The notes under the pieces were generated by a model, which worked only from the letters and a program-made list of their open reading frames with translations, was not told the DNA's origin and did no database searches. A stretch of DNA of 64,000 nucleotides from Rhynchopus sp. YZ270_cl-10 (lineage: Eukaryota): contig OZ037833.1 in assembly GCA_964035575.1 (NCBI GenBank), positions 1,178,001 to 1,242,000 on the forward strand. Reading direction: 5' to 3'. Positions 31,001 to 42,510 of the stretch are shown piece by piece (positions within the stretch are counted from its first letter, which is position 1; each line of letters opens with the position of its first letter). The translations under genes were made by a program, and so were the position numbers.

Positions 31001-33702
31001 TTCAGAAGGACGGACCTGCGACATGCTCGAAGGACGAATGTGAGTCGAATCCATGTGGAGACGGTCAGACCTGCGAGGACCCTGTGCGGACGCTCAAAAG
31101 CCTGAAGGACTTCACCTGCACCTGCGACAACGACGTGACTGTGCAGGCCACAGGAGCTAAGGTGGCTGCATGCTCTCTCGACGAATGTGTCCCTAACCCG
31201 TGTGGTGATGCACAGACGTGCTCTGACCCCGTGCAGACGTTGGGGTCAAAGTTTGACTTCACGTGCACCTGCGATGTGGACACGATGACTGTGAAGACAG
31301 GTGCAGCGGCAGTGTGCGAGGTGGACGAGTGCGAGTCGATGCCGTGTGGTGACGGACAGACGTGCACAGACATGGACAAGTCGCCCAGTGCGACAGGTAG
31401 CTTTGAGTGCGTGTGTGCGAACGGGGAGAAGCAGACAGGTGCGCCTGCTGTGTGCATGAAGGGCGACACTGACGAGTGCGCAGGAAACCCTTGTGCGGGA
31501 CAGGACTGTGTGGACCCCGACACGACGAGCACTAGCACACTCGACTTTGTGTGCACGTGCACGACGGGCATGGGATCTGCGACCGGGTCAGCTGCTGTAT
31601 GTGAGGTGGACGAGTGTGAGGCGAACCCGTGCGGGAGCAGCCAGGACTGTGTTGACGCAGACAAGGCTGTGTTGATCACAGGCGACTACACATGCAGCTG
31701 CAAGGGAGGTGCCACAGGGTCGATGGTGGGTGGTGTTGCAACGTGTGAGTTGGACGAGTGTCTTGCGAAGCCATGTGGCGATGTGCAGACCTGTGCAGAC
31801 AAGAGCAAGGACCCATCTGCGACTCTCGACTACACGTGCACATGTGCAAACGGTGTTGTATCGACTGGTGGTCCAGCGACGTGTGAACTTGACGAATGCA
31901 CAGCAGCCACACCACCCTGTGGGGACGGGCAAACATGCGAAGACAAGGACACAAGCTACCTTGTGCAGCACGACTTCGTATGCACCTGCGACAACGACGC
32001 GACTCTTACAAACATTGATGGACCTGCAACATGCTTCAATGACGAATGCAAGAACAACCCTTGTGGCGACGACCAGACATGTGAGGACCCAGAGCAATCG
32101 CGCACTAGCCTGAAGGACTACACCTGTACATGCGGGAACGGAGTGAAGGCAACGGGTGGGAAAGCCACGTGCACGTTTGACGAGTGTGAGGCGAAGCCGT
32201 GTGGGGATGGCCAGACATGCTCCGACCCAGACACAAGCTACCTCGTGCAGCACGACTTTGTGTGCACCTGTGACGTCGACACAGCCATCACGAAGACTGA
32301 CGGACCTGCGACGTGCTCGAAGGACGAATGTGAGTCGAACCCATGCGGCGATGCCCAGACATGCGAGGACCCTGTGCAGACGCTCAAGAGCTTGAAGGAC
32401 TACACCTGCACCTGCACTGATGATGCCTCAATCAAGGCAACAGGTGCTGCAGCAACTTGCACGATTGACGAATGTGAGGCGAAGCCGTGTGGAGATGGCC
32501 AGACCTGCTCCGACCCAGACACAAAGTACAGCAGCCAACACGACTTCGTGTGCACTTGCAATGTTGACACAAGCATCATTCAGAAGGACGGACCTGCGAC
32601 ATGCTCGAAGGATGAATGTGAGTCGAACCCATGTGGCGATGCCCAGACATGCGAGGACCCTGTGCAGACGCTCAAGAGCTTGAAGGACTACACCTGCACC
32701 TGCACTACTGATGCCTCAATCAAGGCAACAGGTGCTGCGGCAACTTGCACGCTTGACGAATGTGATTCAGCACCCTGTGGGGATGGCCAGACCTGCTCCG
32801 ACCCAGACACAAGCTACCTCGTGCAGCACGACTTCGTGTGCACTTGTGACATCGATGCAACTCTGAAAAAGACGGATGGGCCTGCAACGTGCACGAAGGA
32901 TGAGTGTGAGTCGAACCCGTGTGATGCTGACCAGTTGTGTGAGGACCCTGTGCAGACGCTTACGAGCCTGAAGGACTTCACGTGCACATGCCCGAATGGG
33001 GTGAAGTCAACCGGCGGGGCTGCAGACTGCAGTGCCACTAACGCAAAGACAACAGCGCCTGCTGCAGGCAGCACACCAGCACCGCCAGTTGGCACACCTC
33101 TGCCAAGCGGTGAGACACTCGCACCAGTTGACGTTGACGGAACACCCCTGCCAAGTGGCCAGACCCGTGCCCCAGTTGACATCACCTCCCTGCCAAGCGG
33201 CGAGACATACACGCCAGAGACCAGCTCCCCAGGACCCAGGCCTGTGACCGGGAAGGTGACCTCCCGCACACTGCGCCCGTTTGACAAGGAGGAGTACAAG
33301 AAGCGTGTGGCACGTCGCACAGGTGAGCCTGTTGAGACGATTGAGGTGACTGCCACGGATATGGGCAACGGGGAGGACATGCTGGTGACGACCTTCACGG
33401 GTGCTGAGGGGGCGGCAGCAGCGGCGCTGTTGGAAGAGCTCATTGCAAATGGTGAGTTCGAGGGCCTGCGTGGGTCTGCCGGGACTCCTGACACTCCTGA
33501 GCCTGCCACAGACGACAGCAGCACGGCTTGGTGGGTGTGGCTCGTTGCTGCCCTTGGTGGGGTTGTGTGCCTGGGGGCCATGGCAGCAGCCTTTGCGGTG
33601 AAGCAGAAGTCTGGAGACGGCATCTCGCTTGCGGAGTTCTGCGAGGTCAATGCCGAGCGTGAAGAGATGCACCACCCGCAGCAGGAGTTTGCCTCTGTGT
33701 AG
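28090..33702 (+). CDS. Type I membrane protein with ~23 EGF-like repeats
   Basis: Signal peptide, ~530-aa globular N-terminal domain, 23 DECxxxPCG..Q.C.D....CTC units, P/T-rich stalk, TM helix WWVWLVAALGGVVCLGAMAAAFAV, short tail. Confidence 0.92.
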   Translation: MMLRAALLAAALLLPSVSADYQDFYEGTCTELSVSSKEKALQCACKPQADQLYASVADKMYTHQHCLDGRIRGGLGAKTLFSLYPENICDGQPMPMNSFPDWSSPDTMYVYWVEDSDDWTTAGTHIEKVRFTDSGAEIVAHIKLPKCVHGGGLARGKGDTLAVMCAEVAGWTEWLHLKVVEVSPDLSKEVRRFSVLQEECRATGECGGGYPMMKGADFRLVEYIPSRNWYVAFHNGESGGHVADAITFWDGDTEEQVSGYGDNWACTGGHTETGRMAYNAEVDELAVLCCSDLGGTCNDPAKDNCDVDNKWKNGLVFRSHIEKVGPITVAPFQCVNNQAISGWLGDLLPCGDGYVQAWQGPDGGKDVFDSQTNDVGFMRLSKSGEVLLKKWVIKTTGTRERSVKLAKLGSGNCDRFLLGWGEMAADAYYPAKYFLKEIDGDGNDLTEPIEVTEATMWGEDSQWATLGNGDVAWAHTWKRNDDGTPNKVGEMTDGSEGGKSCTWNGNGYGYTWGTLDDRPGGRFHTNEAFTTRYYSKEVTEPTSAPPTDVPAADVDECAVMMPCGDGQTCTEVDMQVTGDFTCACVSDATVTATGKPADCPLDECEAKPCGDDQTCEDPDTSAAVLNDYTCTCTADASIKATGAAATCTIDECEAKPCGDGQTCSDPDTKYSSQHDFVCTCDVDTTITQKDGPATCSKDECESNPCEADQTCEDPVKTLKSLKDFTCTCDNGVKATGGAATCTIDECEAKPCGDGQTCSDPDTSYLVQHDFVCTCDVDTSIIQKDGPATCSKDECESNPCGDAQTCEDPVQTLKSLKDFTCTCDNDVKATGGAATCTLDECEAKPCGDGQTCSDPDTSYLVQHDFVCTCDVDTAITKTDGPATCSKDECESNPCGDAQTCEDLVQTLKSLKDYTCTCTDDASIKATGAAATCTIDECEAKPCGDGQTCSDPDTKYSSQHDFVCTCDVDITIIQKDGPATCSKDECESNPCGDGQTCEDPVRTLKSLKDFTCTCDNDVTVQATGAKVAACSLDECVPNPCGDAQTCSDPVQTLGSKFDFTCTCDVDTMTVKTGAAAVCEVDECESMPCGDGQTCTDMDKSPSATGSFECVCANGEKQTGAPAVCMKGDTDECAGNPCAGQDCVDPDTTSTSTLDFVCTCTTGMGSATGSAAVCEVDECEANPCGSSQDCVDADKAVLITGDYTCSCKGGATGSMVGGVATCELDECLAKPCGDVQTCADKSKDPSATLDYTCTCANGVVSTGGPATCELDECTAATPPCGDGQTCEDKDTSYLVQHDFVCTCDNDATLTNIDGPATCFNDECKNNPCGDDQTCEDPEQSRTSLKDYTCTCGNGVKATGGKATCTFDECEAKPCGDGQTCSDPDTSYLVQHDFVCTCDVDTAITKTDGPATCSKDECESNPCGDAQTCEDPVQTLKSLKDYTCTCTDDASIKATGAAATCTIDECEAKPCGDGQTCSDPDTKYSSQHDFVCTCNVDTSIIQKDGPATCSKDECESNPCGDAQTCEDPVQTLKSLKDYTCTCTTDASIKATGAAATCTLDECDSAPCGDGQTCSDPDTSYLVQHDFVCTCDIDATLKKTDGPATCTKDECESNPCDADQLCEDPVQTLTSLKDFTCTCPNGVKSTGGAADCSATNAKTTAPAAGSTPAPPVGTPLPSGETLAPVDVDGTPLPSGQTRAPVDITSLPSGETYTPETSSPGPRPVTGKVTSRTLRPFDKEEYKKRVARRTGEPVETIEVTATDMGNGEDMLVTTFTGAEGAAAAALLEELIANGEFEGLRGSAGTPDTPEPATDDSSTAWWVWLVAALGGVVCLGAMAAAFAVKQKSGDGISLAEFCEVNAEREEMHHPQQEFASV

Positions 33703-36103
33703 TGTGCCTGTGTGTGGGTGGCCTTGTTTCATAAGAAAGGTAGCCCTGAGTGGAGGCACGCACAAAACAAGAATGAACGTATCCAGCGAAGAGTTTTCCA
33801 ATAGCACAGAGTGCACAACCAGGCCTGCAAAACACAGTTCCAAGAAAACAAAGTTTTGCAGCCCTCTAACCAGTACACATCACAGCATACCCTACCCTAC
33901 CCTACCAGACCAGGCAGCCGTTAGTGCTTGCAAAGAAACGTCGGATATTTTATTCTTCTGACAAAAACCAACAAGAATTCTTATATTTCACTTTTGTTTC
34001 TCGTTTTTTTATCGATTTTTTCTGATTTTTTCCGATTTTCCCGACTTTCCCCCCAAGAAATATGTCTCGCTTTAGTTTTATTGAAACAGGGCTTCCGAAG
34101 GTGACACAGGTAATGTGAACAAGCATGTGTCACATGAGGTCTATTCATCTTCGAGTTGTTTCTTCCTTTTAGCCTCATCCCTTGCGACTTCAGCCTCATG
34201 AGACGTACAACCTCATGGATGTGACAGGGTTGTGTGATGTGGCATGTTTTGGCAGGCTCACGTCACCAACGACAATGTCCTGCTCGGCTGTGGTCCTGCG
34301 ATACGTGGCAGTGTTTTCAACTATCTTTTGTAAAAGATTACTTTGTGTTTGTGATGTGTGATTTGTGTATTCAACTTTTATTCTTTGCAAAACAAAAATA
34401 AAAAAACGAAGTCTTTGTGCTGTCCTCTTCACTGACAGTTCAGACGCAACTCTTGCCAGTGTTTTTTCAGTCCAAAACAAAACAAAAGGACACGAAAAGG
34501 ACAATATCACACCCGAGATTGTTGTTGTTGTTAGTTGGTACAAGCAGCGACGCAACCCCTCCCCCTCCCCCCTTCTCCCTTGCGACTTGTTATAAACTGC
34601 TTTTGCCATCTCCCAATACAATGTTCTTTAGGACTACCCGATTGTTTCCCAATGTGTGTTGCGTTCTCGTGAGATACAATTATCTCTTGAGGGGGTTTTT
34701 TTTCCTTGAGTAAAGTTCGTTCGAAGTCTCTCCCCTTTTAAGGAACCCTCTTCGAATAGCGTGAAGCGATCTTTTCGTACAGCACAAGTTGTTTTCAAGA
34801 AAGGTGACTAAGCACGAGGGGCTTAGGTTCATCTCATTAACCTTTTTGTTTGTTTGTTTTCTATTTTGTGAATAGGAAGAGTGCAAATGAATTTAATTTT
34901 TTTTGCACATGTTCCAACACCTTTGCCTTTGGGAAAGCCAAAGCAAAGCAGCGAAACTCGATACATTTATATTTCTATAACTTTCCTTCCCGACCCCACA
35001 CCACACCACAGGGGTTTTATGCGGAAGCGTGGAGGCTAACACATTGGTCTCCTCCTTTTGCACACTTGCTTGCAACACAACGTTCGATATGCCCCATTTA
35101 TAACCGATATGGGGAGTGAGGACATTGTGTGTTCACTTTTAGGATCTCTGTGCACAGAGAGTAATATTTATCTTTCAAATGCTCTTGTAGGTCATAGGTG
35201 ACTAAGCAGACGAGAGGCTTAGGTTCATCGTTACAAACTTGTCTTATTTTAGTGCAGCCTTCAGCGTGTGTGTTGTTTTAGTCAAATAGCACATATTTCC
35301 ACTGCCCTTGAATATCCACCACCACCCCACCCGTGTTTCTTTTTGAAGGTGACCAAGCATGGGTCATCTTACGAACTTATCTTTATCTTTATTTTGTTTG
35401 TCGTATTTGTCCACAAGTTGGATTTTTTTTTATAGCTCTCGTGTTAAGTGTTGTATGTGTTGTGTGGATTGAGGTCGACGTTAGTGTGTGGTTATACTAC
35501 ATTTGACGGAACAGCAGCGAAATGAGACTCACTAATGCCAAGTTTCAAGAGGGGGAAGAAAAAACGAGAAAAAGACAGTGTCGCACTTTTTTTTTGATTG
35601 TGTGCTAAATGCGGCACATCAGCGGTGCTGGCCTTTCGTTTGTGTTCCTGTTCTCTTGATGTTGGTTGGACTTTCGCTGTTGGCTGTTAAGTGTTATGTT
35701 TTTGACGACTGGTTTGCACAACACTGCACTGCAGGGAACACACGTAAAACGATAACAAAAACAATGACAAAGTGTATGGTGGTAAAACACCACACCCCCG
35801 TGTTGCCAACATCCCTCCAAGCCCCACTCTCACTCTCTCACCCTCTTTCGCTCCGAATGAGGATATCTTCAATTAAAATCAATGTACCCACCCACACTGC
35901 TTTTCTCTTTTCACCCCCCCCCCCTCCGTTGTGCGCACCCACCACACCACACGGTAACCTTAACGGCCTCCTTCCATGGTGGGAACCCCTGCCTATGTAT
36001 CAATGGACTGTCATGGGCACACATACACTTTTCCCACCCACGTTCTCCCCTCCTCACATCCCGTTTAACATTAGAAGGAGATAACAAGCTTGAACACAGC
36101 ACC

Positions 36104-36934
36104 ATGTCGAACCTTATGTGGACAGTGCGGAAGTCACTTGCCGCAGTGAGTTCGCTCTTGATCGTGATCTCATACGTGACGTGCATCATCATCGCAAAGA
36201 AACGTGACACCTATGTCGGTGGCATTGCGTTCCCATACTTCTCCGACATTGGCAGGGACAAACCTGCGTATTACGTCTTCGCCAGCCTGAACACCATTGC
36301 AAGCGTTTTGATGTTCGGCTTCATGCTTCTGCAGTACTACTACCTGAAGGCCTGGTTCTCCATGACGGGCGCCAACTGGCAATGCCGTGGAATATCTGCA
36401 CTGGTCTGCGGCTTGCTGGCACCCATCGGATCGATTCTGCTGTCTCTGTTCACCACCAACGAGCATGCAGACCTGCATCTGTACTCTGCTTATGCGTTTT
36501 TTGTGTTTATTTTGGTGTACTGCATTTTAACTATTACGTTAATGGCGACACTTGCGAAGTCGTTTGAGGCGCAGAAGAAGATGATGGTGCCGAGGTACAT
36601 TGTGGTGGCAATGCTTGCTGTGGGGGTTGTCATCTATTTGCCTATTGGGCTGGCGGTGAACTGCTCCTTCGAGCGTCTCACGGTTCAGAAGTGTCTTACC
36701 ATTGAGTCCCCTGACTTCTGCGAGGACCACTACATGCACGGCAACCTCACGAACGTCTATGACTACACCAACTGCCCAGAGACCAACACCATGCGCTCCT
36801 CTTCGCAGTTCGTCTCCATTGTTTCCATCATGCTGTTCGTAGCCCTCCACGCGCTCGACCCTACCCCTGACGTCAAAACATTGACCCCATCTGAGTCATC
36901 TGCTATGATGGAGACTCAGACCGGCAGATTGTAA
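36104..36934 (+). CDS. Frag1/DRAM/Sfk1 (TMEM150-like) multi-pass membrane protein
   Basis: PYFSDIG..PAYYVF, LHLYSAYAFF, six hydrophobic segments. Confidence 0.85.
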   Translation: MSNLMWTVRKSLAAVSSLLIVISYVTCIIIAKKRDTYVGGIAFPYFSDIGRDKPAYYVFASLNTIASVLMFGFMLLQYYYLKAWFSMTGANWQCRGISALVCGLLAPIGSILLSLFTTNEHADLHLYSAYAFFVFILVYCILTITLMATLAKSFEAQKKMMVPRYIVVAMLAVGVVIYLPIGLAVNCSFERLTVQKCLTIESPDFCEDHYMHGNLTNVYDYTNCPETNTMRSSSQFVSIVSIMLFVALHALDPTPDVKTLTPSESSAMMETQTGRL

Positions 36935-37283
36935 GACAGTCAAGAAGTAGGAAACGTATGGGTGTGATCTGGTGAGGAGGAGGCGTTTCAATTTTTCAAT
37001 CTCTCCATTTTTTAAGGCGACTAAGCACAAGGGCTGGTTCATCTTATAAACTTTTTTTTTCCATTCGATTTTTTCCCCCGTTTGTTTAGACTCAACAGAA
37101 TGTGTACAGTTAAGATTGTGCTCAGGCAGCATTCGCCAGCTTCTGGGGAGATCAATCAGGGCAAGCTCTTTCAGGTAACGTGCCGAAGTGTGCCCCCACC
37201 ACCGTGTGAGTGAAGAGTCATAGTTGGTGTGGGGGGTTTTTTAGTTAATATTCTCATGAGGGTGGTGGTTGCCCTCCTATGAG

Positions 37284-37372
37284 CAGTGATCTTAAATACG
37301 TATTGCTACGTATTAATACGTAATGCGTGGGAGGGGTAAGCCACGTATTTTGCCACGTATTTTAGATCACTG
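37284..37372. mobile_element. 89-bp MITE with 9-bp TSD
   Basis: CAGTGATCTTAAATACGT...ACGTATTTTAGATCACTG flanked by TCCTATGAG on both sides. Confidence 0.85.
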
Positions 37373-38073
37373 TCCTATGAGGGGGTGTTTTGATGGTCTC
37401 TTTCCTGAAGAGGGTTGCACTGTGGCTAGGGGTATGGGGATAGGTTCGCTGGGATAGCATATTTGGGGATAGCATATGCCATCCCCCAGGGGATAGGTTA
37501 TGCTATCCCCCTGGGATAGGTTATTTCAGGATAACCTATCCCCCTGGGATAGCATTTGACTGTACTTTACTAAGGATCTGCGTGCTGGGGACACAAAAAT
37601 TTAGTATCCCCACCCAGGTGCCCATTTGTCACCTTCCCACCCCTTAAAAAAATACAAAATAATGGGGGGATTCGGGTGCCCAAATAATCCTATGCACAAA
37701 AAATGAAGCGGGGGGGAAAAGGGATAAATAATTTTATTTCCCCCACCCAACAACAATGATAAAGCGTAACGACAACAAATAAAAGCAAATAGGAATTTGT
37801 GGTTTTTGCGAGGCACTCAACGAAGTGTGCCGGCTCTGTGGAGACACGGAGCCACCAGCACTCCCCAGTCTTTTTTCCGGAAGTACCTGGAAAACTCGCG
37901 GTTGCGACCAGGCAAACGAAAAAATTCAATTACACACCAAATGTGTGCGGGAGAAAATAGAAATGCAAAAAATTCCAGCTTCATCTGTGGGTGCGACGTT
38001 CTGCGGGCCTCCAGACATTAGGTGTTATAATTATTCTTGTTGCCACTCATCACCATCAGAATAACACCACAAA

Positions 38074-39112
38074 ATGTCTGGAAGCCCGCAGAACGTCGCA
38101 CCCACAGATGAAGCTGGAATTCCAAAACAAAAAGACCTCTTCGCAGACTTCTTCAAGCTGTACGTGCTTCCTGCACCCAAACACAGCATCCACGTGACGA
38201 CCTCAGGGAACTGATCCGAAAGGTATTCCCCAAGCACTTCGGCAACCTTTCTGACGTAACGCCAACTGTCACATCCGCGATTAAGTCTGCACACAAGAAG
38301 GTCAAGGATAACTTGACAAAAAATGAGCACGAAGCACTTATGGCAGATGGGAGCGATGCGTGGCTCTACCGGTCCAAGAACGGTGCCCCCTGTGTCCTCT
38401 ATGGAATGGATATTCGCAAGGAGCCAACCAACCACATGAAGACTACCTCCGCATACATCCACATTAGGAAGTATGCGAAGACAACTCTCCTTGACGACAT
38501 GGACGTCACCTTCGAGAAGATCAAACAGGAAAGGGAAGATGCGGAAGAGGCTGCAAAAGACAACAAGAAGACGACCACCAAGCCGAATACCGAGTCGAAG
38601 ACCAAGGTGAAGGCCGATACCAAGAGTGCGGTGGCTGCTTTCGTGTACCCGGGCCATGATATGGTTGGGTTCCCTGACCGCGTCGAGATCCGCTTCGACG
38701 CCCCGTTGAATGAAAGGTACATGCAACTGGTCTCCGAAGAAGGAGACCCGAATGCGCCCTCTTTTGCGGGGCGCACGTTCAACATCGCCTGGAGGAGGTG
38801 CGTGGAAGGGGAGGTAGGGGCCGCCTCGCCCCCTTCCGGGTTGTACCGACGCCAGGTTTCCCTCCCCGAAGGGGACTATGCTCGCGATGCCATCACGGTA
38901 TGCCACAGAGAAAGAATAAGAATAACACAATACCAAATATAACCCAGATTGACTCCAACGACGAGAACAGGACCGTGGTGGTCATCCCCCGTGTCATATC
39001 CAGGGCCAAGATCTCCATTGGGGGAAAGAGGAAGAGGGAAGAGGACGGAAGCGGCTTGACGGTAAACCCCTCATCGAACCTCATCGAAGACACCACCAGT
39101 GGTGGAATGTAA
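38074..39112 (+). pseudogene. Frameshifted gene relic carried inside the CACTA-type element
   Basis: Coding-like composition across the 38313-38942 and 38798-39112 ORFs; upstream ATG at 38074 in another frame; no recognisable family. Confidence 0.4.
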
Positions 39113-39303
39113 AATTCACGGAGAAGAGAAAAACCTATCAAAAAAGTCTACCGCCATCAACAATATGCACCCCCTCCCCCCCCTTTTTTTTTGCAACCCA
39201 CCCCACCCACCCCACCCTAACAATGTAAACCCAAAACGACCCCCTCTTTTGACGATTTTGATTTTACAGCTTTTTAGCTTTTTTCCCTGTGTTACCTTTT
39301 GAA

Positions 39304-40004
39304 CAGGGCATTATATAGGTTTCGGGGGTTTTCGCTGAAACTCGGTCAAAACTCGGTCGAGCCCGGGCGCGCTTCGCGCGCCCGGGTCCTCACCTTAGCT
39401 CAAGTTGGGGGCCTCCGGCGGAATGTGAGAATTCCTCGGAGTTCGGCACTTCATTTATATTTGTGCCAGGCACACGTGGTACACGAATTATCAGTAACCT
39501 CAGTACATTCACAAAAGAAACGGCGGTCATGGCACCCAAGCGAAGCCACGGTACGCAACATTTCTAAAAAATGTTGACATAAATGTCACTGTCGTTGGTA
39601 ATTATCGTCAGTTTCCGTAAATTTTACTTCCATATTTTGCTGAAACAAAAGTTTCTGGCGAAGCCACGGTACGCAACATTTCAAAAAAATGCGCAGAAGG
39701 GTGGCTGCAAGCTTGCGCCGCAGGCGCACGGTACGCTACTTTTTTATTTTCGTCGTGCTGCATGCTTCGTTTTCCTTCGGCGTTTGACCAATCGAGTCGC
39801 GTTCTGGCTGTGACGGGGTCACTTTGTTCATGAGGCCATTTCTGGTCACTCTCAGAGGCTCGTGTGAGGTACCAAAGAAAACCGATTTTTTCCCCCAAGA
39901 TTTATCATTTTTTTTTTTTAAATTTGGCCTGACCGAGTTTTAGTTAAGGCTTGCTGTAAACTCGGTCAGGCTGACCGAGTTTTACCCCACTATATAATCC
40001 CCTG
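39304..40004. mobile_element. hAT-type MITE (701 bp, 8-bp TSD)
   Basis: CAGGGCATTATATAG...CTATATAATCCCCTG; CTTTTGAA at 39296-39303 and 40005-40012. Confidence 0.9.
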
Positions 40005-40120
40005 CTTTTGAACTTTTGTGTGATTTTTATTGTGTGAAATGCTTGTTTTTTTTATCCGCATCCTTTTTTATTTATTTATCCCTTCCCCCCCCCTAGGGGC
40101 GTCAGCCTAGGGGTTTTTTC

Positions 40121-42510
40121 TGTCACAAAACCATTTTTTTGAGTTTTAGGTTAAGAAATCCACTAAAATAGTCGTAATTGGCCCCAAAACCACCTCCCGA
40201 TCACAAAAATATGTCAATAAAACCACAGACGACCTTAACAGAGGCTTTGTTACCAAAAAAAATCGGTGTTTTTATGAAAAAACACCCCAAAACCACGTCA
40301 CGCTCGCGTCACGCTATTTACCGATTTTCGGACCCTTTTTGAAACATGGCTCTAAGTTCCACCAAGTCCCTCTAAACACCCCGAAACAGCCTGGGTACCC
40401 CTCGGGATAGGTTCTGGGGTGAAAATATGTGGCTTTGGGGGCTTTTCCGGCCCCCAGAGGCGTCTCAGAGCTATTTGACACACCCAAAAGCTCCATTTTT
40501 TATCAAAAAATGCTTGCTTTTTTACCTTGTCATGAGCATTAACACCCCCAATGAGACCCCCAGAACGTCTCTAAAGTCCAAAAATCACCCCGGAATTGAT
40601 TCCCGGACCTCATAATAGGTGGAGTACCATGTTTTTGGGGTCAAAAATGCGTTGTGGTCCATTGCTGTTCCCCCTGACAATGAGCGACAGAGTAGCGACA
40701 GAATAGAAATATGACCACCTCCAGGAAACCAAAATTTTCAAGACAAACCAAAAAAAATGTGTACTAAGGTGTCTTAACACCCTACACCGCCTGGGTACCC
40801 CTCAGGATAGGTTCTGGGGTGAAAATATGTGGTTTTGGGGGCTTTTCCGGCCCCCAAAGACGTCTCAGAGATATTTTTCACACCCCAAAACTGCAGTTTT
40901 ATCCTACATGGGTAAAAGGGGGAGCTAAACTGCAGTTTTTGGGTGTGAAAAATATCTCTGAGACGTCTTTGGGGGCCGGAAAAGCCCCCAAAACCACATA
41001 TTTCCTTAACACTCTGTGTTAAGGTTTTTAAGGTTGCTTTTGTGGCGTACCCCCCCACCCCTTGGCACCCCCGACGGGGTACCCCAAAAAATGACATTTC
41101 TCGCAGAGGCGCCAAAGTGTAAGATTTTTTCGGCATTGGAAAGATAGGGCCAAAAATCGAGTTCTTACTAAATCAGATCGCTGAGAGATTAGTTTTTAAT
41201 TCCTATTTTCGTGTCGCGAGTTTACGTGTAAAATGCCTTAGGAACCGTGCGTTCCTTCAGGATTCTTAAGGATTCTACAGGGAAAACAGGCGTTTTGGCC
41301 AAAAACACGGTTTTTCAGGCAGGTAACCGGGTTTGCGGCTTGGGAAACGTGCCAACGCGGTGTGAGAACCATGCGTGGGGGTTTGTAACCACTCGTTGCG
41401 TTGGTTGCGTTGCGTTCGTTACGTAGCGTTCGTTGCATACAGATCGCTACGTACACATAGGTTACGTAGTGTTGCATGCGGTTGCATGCGTTGCGTTCGT
41501 TGTGTAGAGATCGTTACGTACAGAGCGCAACGTATGGAGCGGTTGCGTTGCGTTGGTTGTGTTCGGTTGGTTACGTTCGTTGCGTACAGATAGTGACGCA
41601 CGCATCGGTTCCGTTGTGTTGGATGAGATGCGTTGGTTGTGTTCGGTTGGTTACGTTCGTTGCGTTCAGATCGTTGCGCACACATCGGTAGCGTTGTGTT
41701 GGTTGTGTCGTTGACACATGTTCGTGGGAATCTGTTCGTTTCTTTTCAGATCTTTGCATACATCAACCACGATCAATAGGGAGTGTTAAGGATTAGCAAA
41801 ACTAAATTTCACCCCAGAACCTATCCTGAGGGGTACCCAGGCGGTGTAGGGTGTTAAGACACCTTAGTACACATTTTTTTTGGTTTGTCTTGAAAATTTT
41901 GGTTTCCTGGAGGTGGTCATATTTCTATTCTGTCGCTACTCTGTCGCTCATTGTCAGGGGGAACAGCAATGGACCACAACGCATTTTTGACCCCAAAAAC
42001 ATGGTACTCCACCTATTATGAGGTCCGGGAATCAATTCCGGGGTGATTTTTGGACTTTAGAGACGTTCTGGGGGTCTCATTGGGGGTGTTAATGCTCATG
42101 ACAAGGTAAAAAAGCAAGCATTTTTTGATAAAAAATGGAGCTTTTGGGTGTGTCAAATAGCTCTGAGACGCCTCTGGGGGCCGGAAAAGCCCCCAAAGCC
42201 ACATATTTTCACCCCAGAACCTATCCCGAGGGGTACCCAGGCTGTTTCGGGGTGTTTAGAGGGACTTGGTGGAACTTAGAGCCATGTTTCAAAAAGGGTC
42301 CGAAAATCGGTAAATAGCGTGACGCGAGCGTGACGTGGTTTTGGGGTGTTTTTTCATAAAAACACCGATTTTTTTTGGTAACAAAGCCTCTGTTAAGGTC
42401 GTCTGTGGTTTTATTGACATATTTTTGTGATCGGGAGGTGGTTTTGGGGCCAATTACGACTATTTTAGTGGATTTCTTAACCTAAAACTCAAAAAAATGG
42501 TTTTGTGACA
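40121..42510. mobile_element. Foldback-like element with ~700-bp near-perfect inverted arms
   Basis: 40121-~40825 is the reverse complement of ~41806-42510 (identical mirror ORFs in the track); internal ~78-bp-stem hairpin at ~40823-41002 and a CGTTG-rich repeat at ~41394-41712. Confidence 0.9.

Noticed and set aside
34801..34845. Dispersed hairpin as a SECIS element or tRNA
   Set aside because: No tandem GA quartet geometry, no in-frame TGA in neighbouring genes, and no cloverleaf.
40314..42317. Identical mirror ORF pairs as duplicated genes
   Set aside because: They arise from the 700-bp inverted arms and have no protein-like features.
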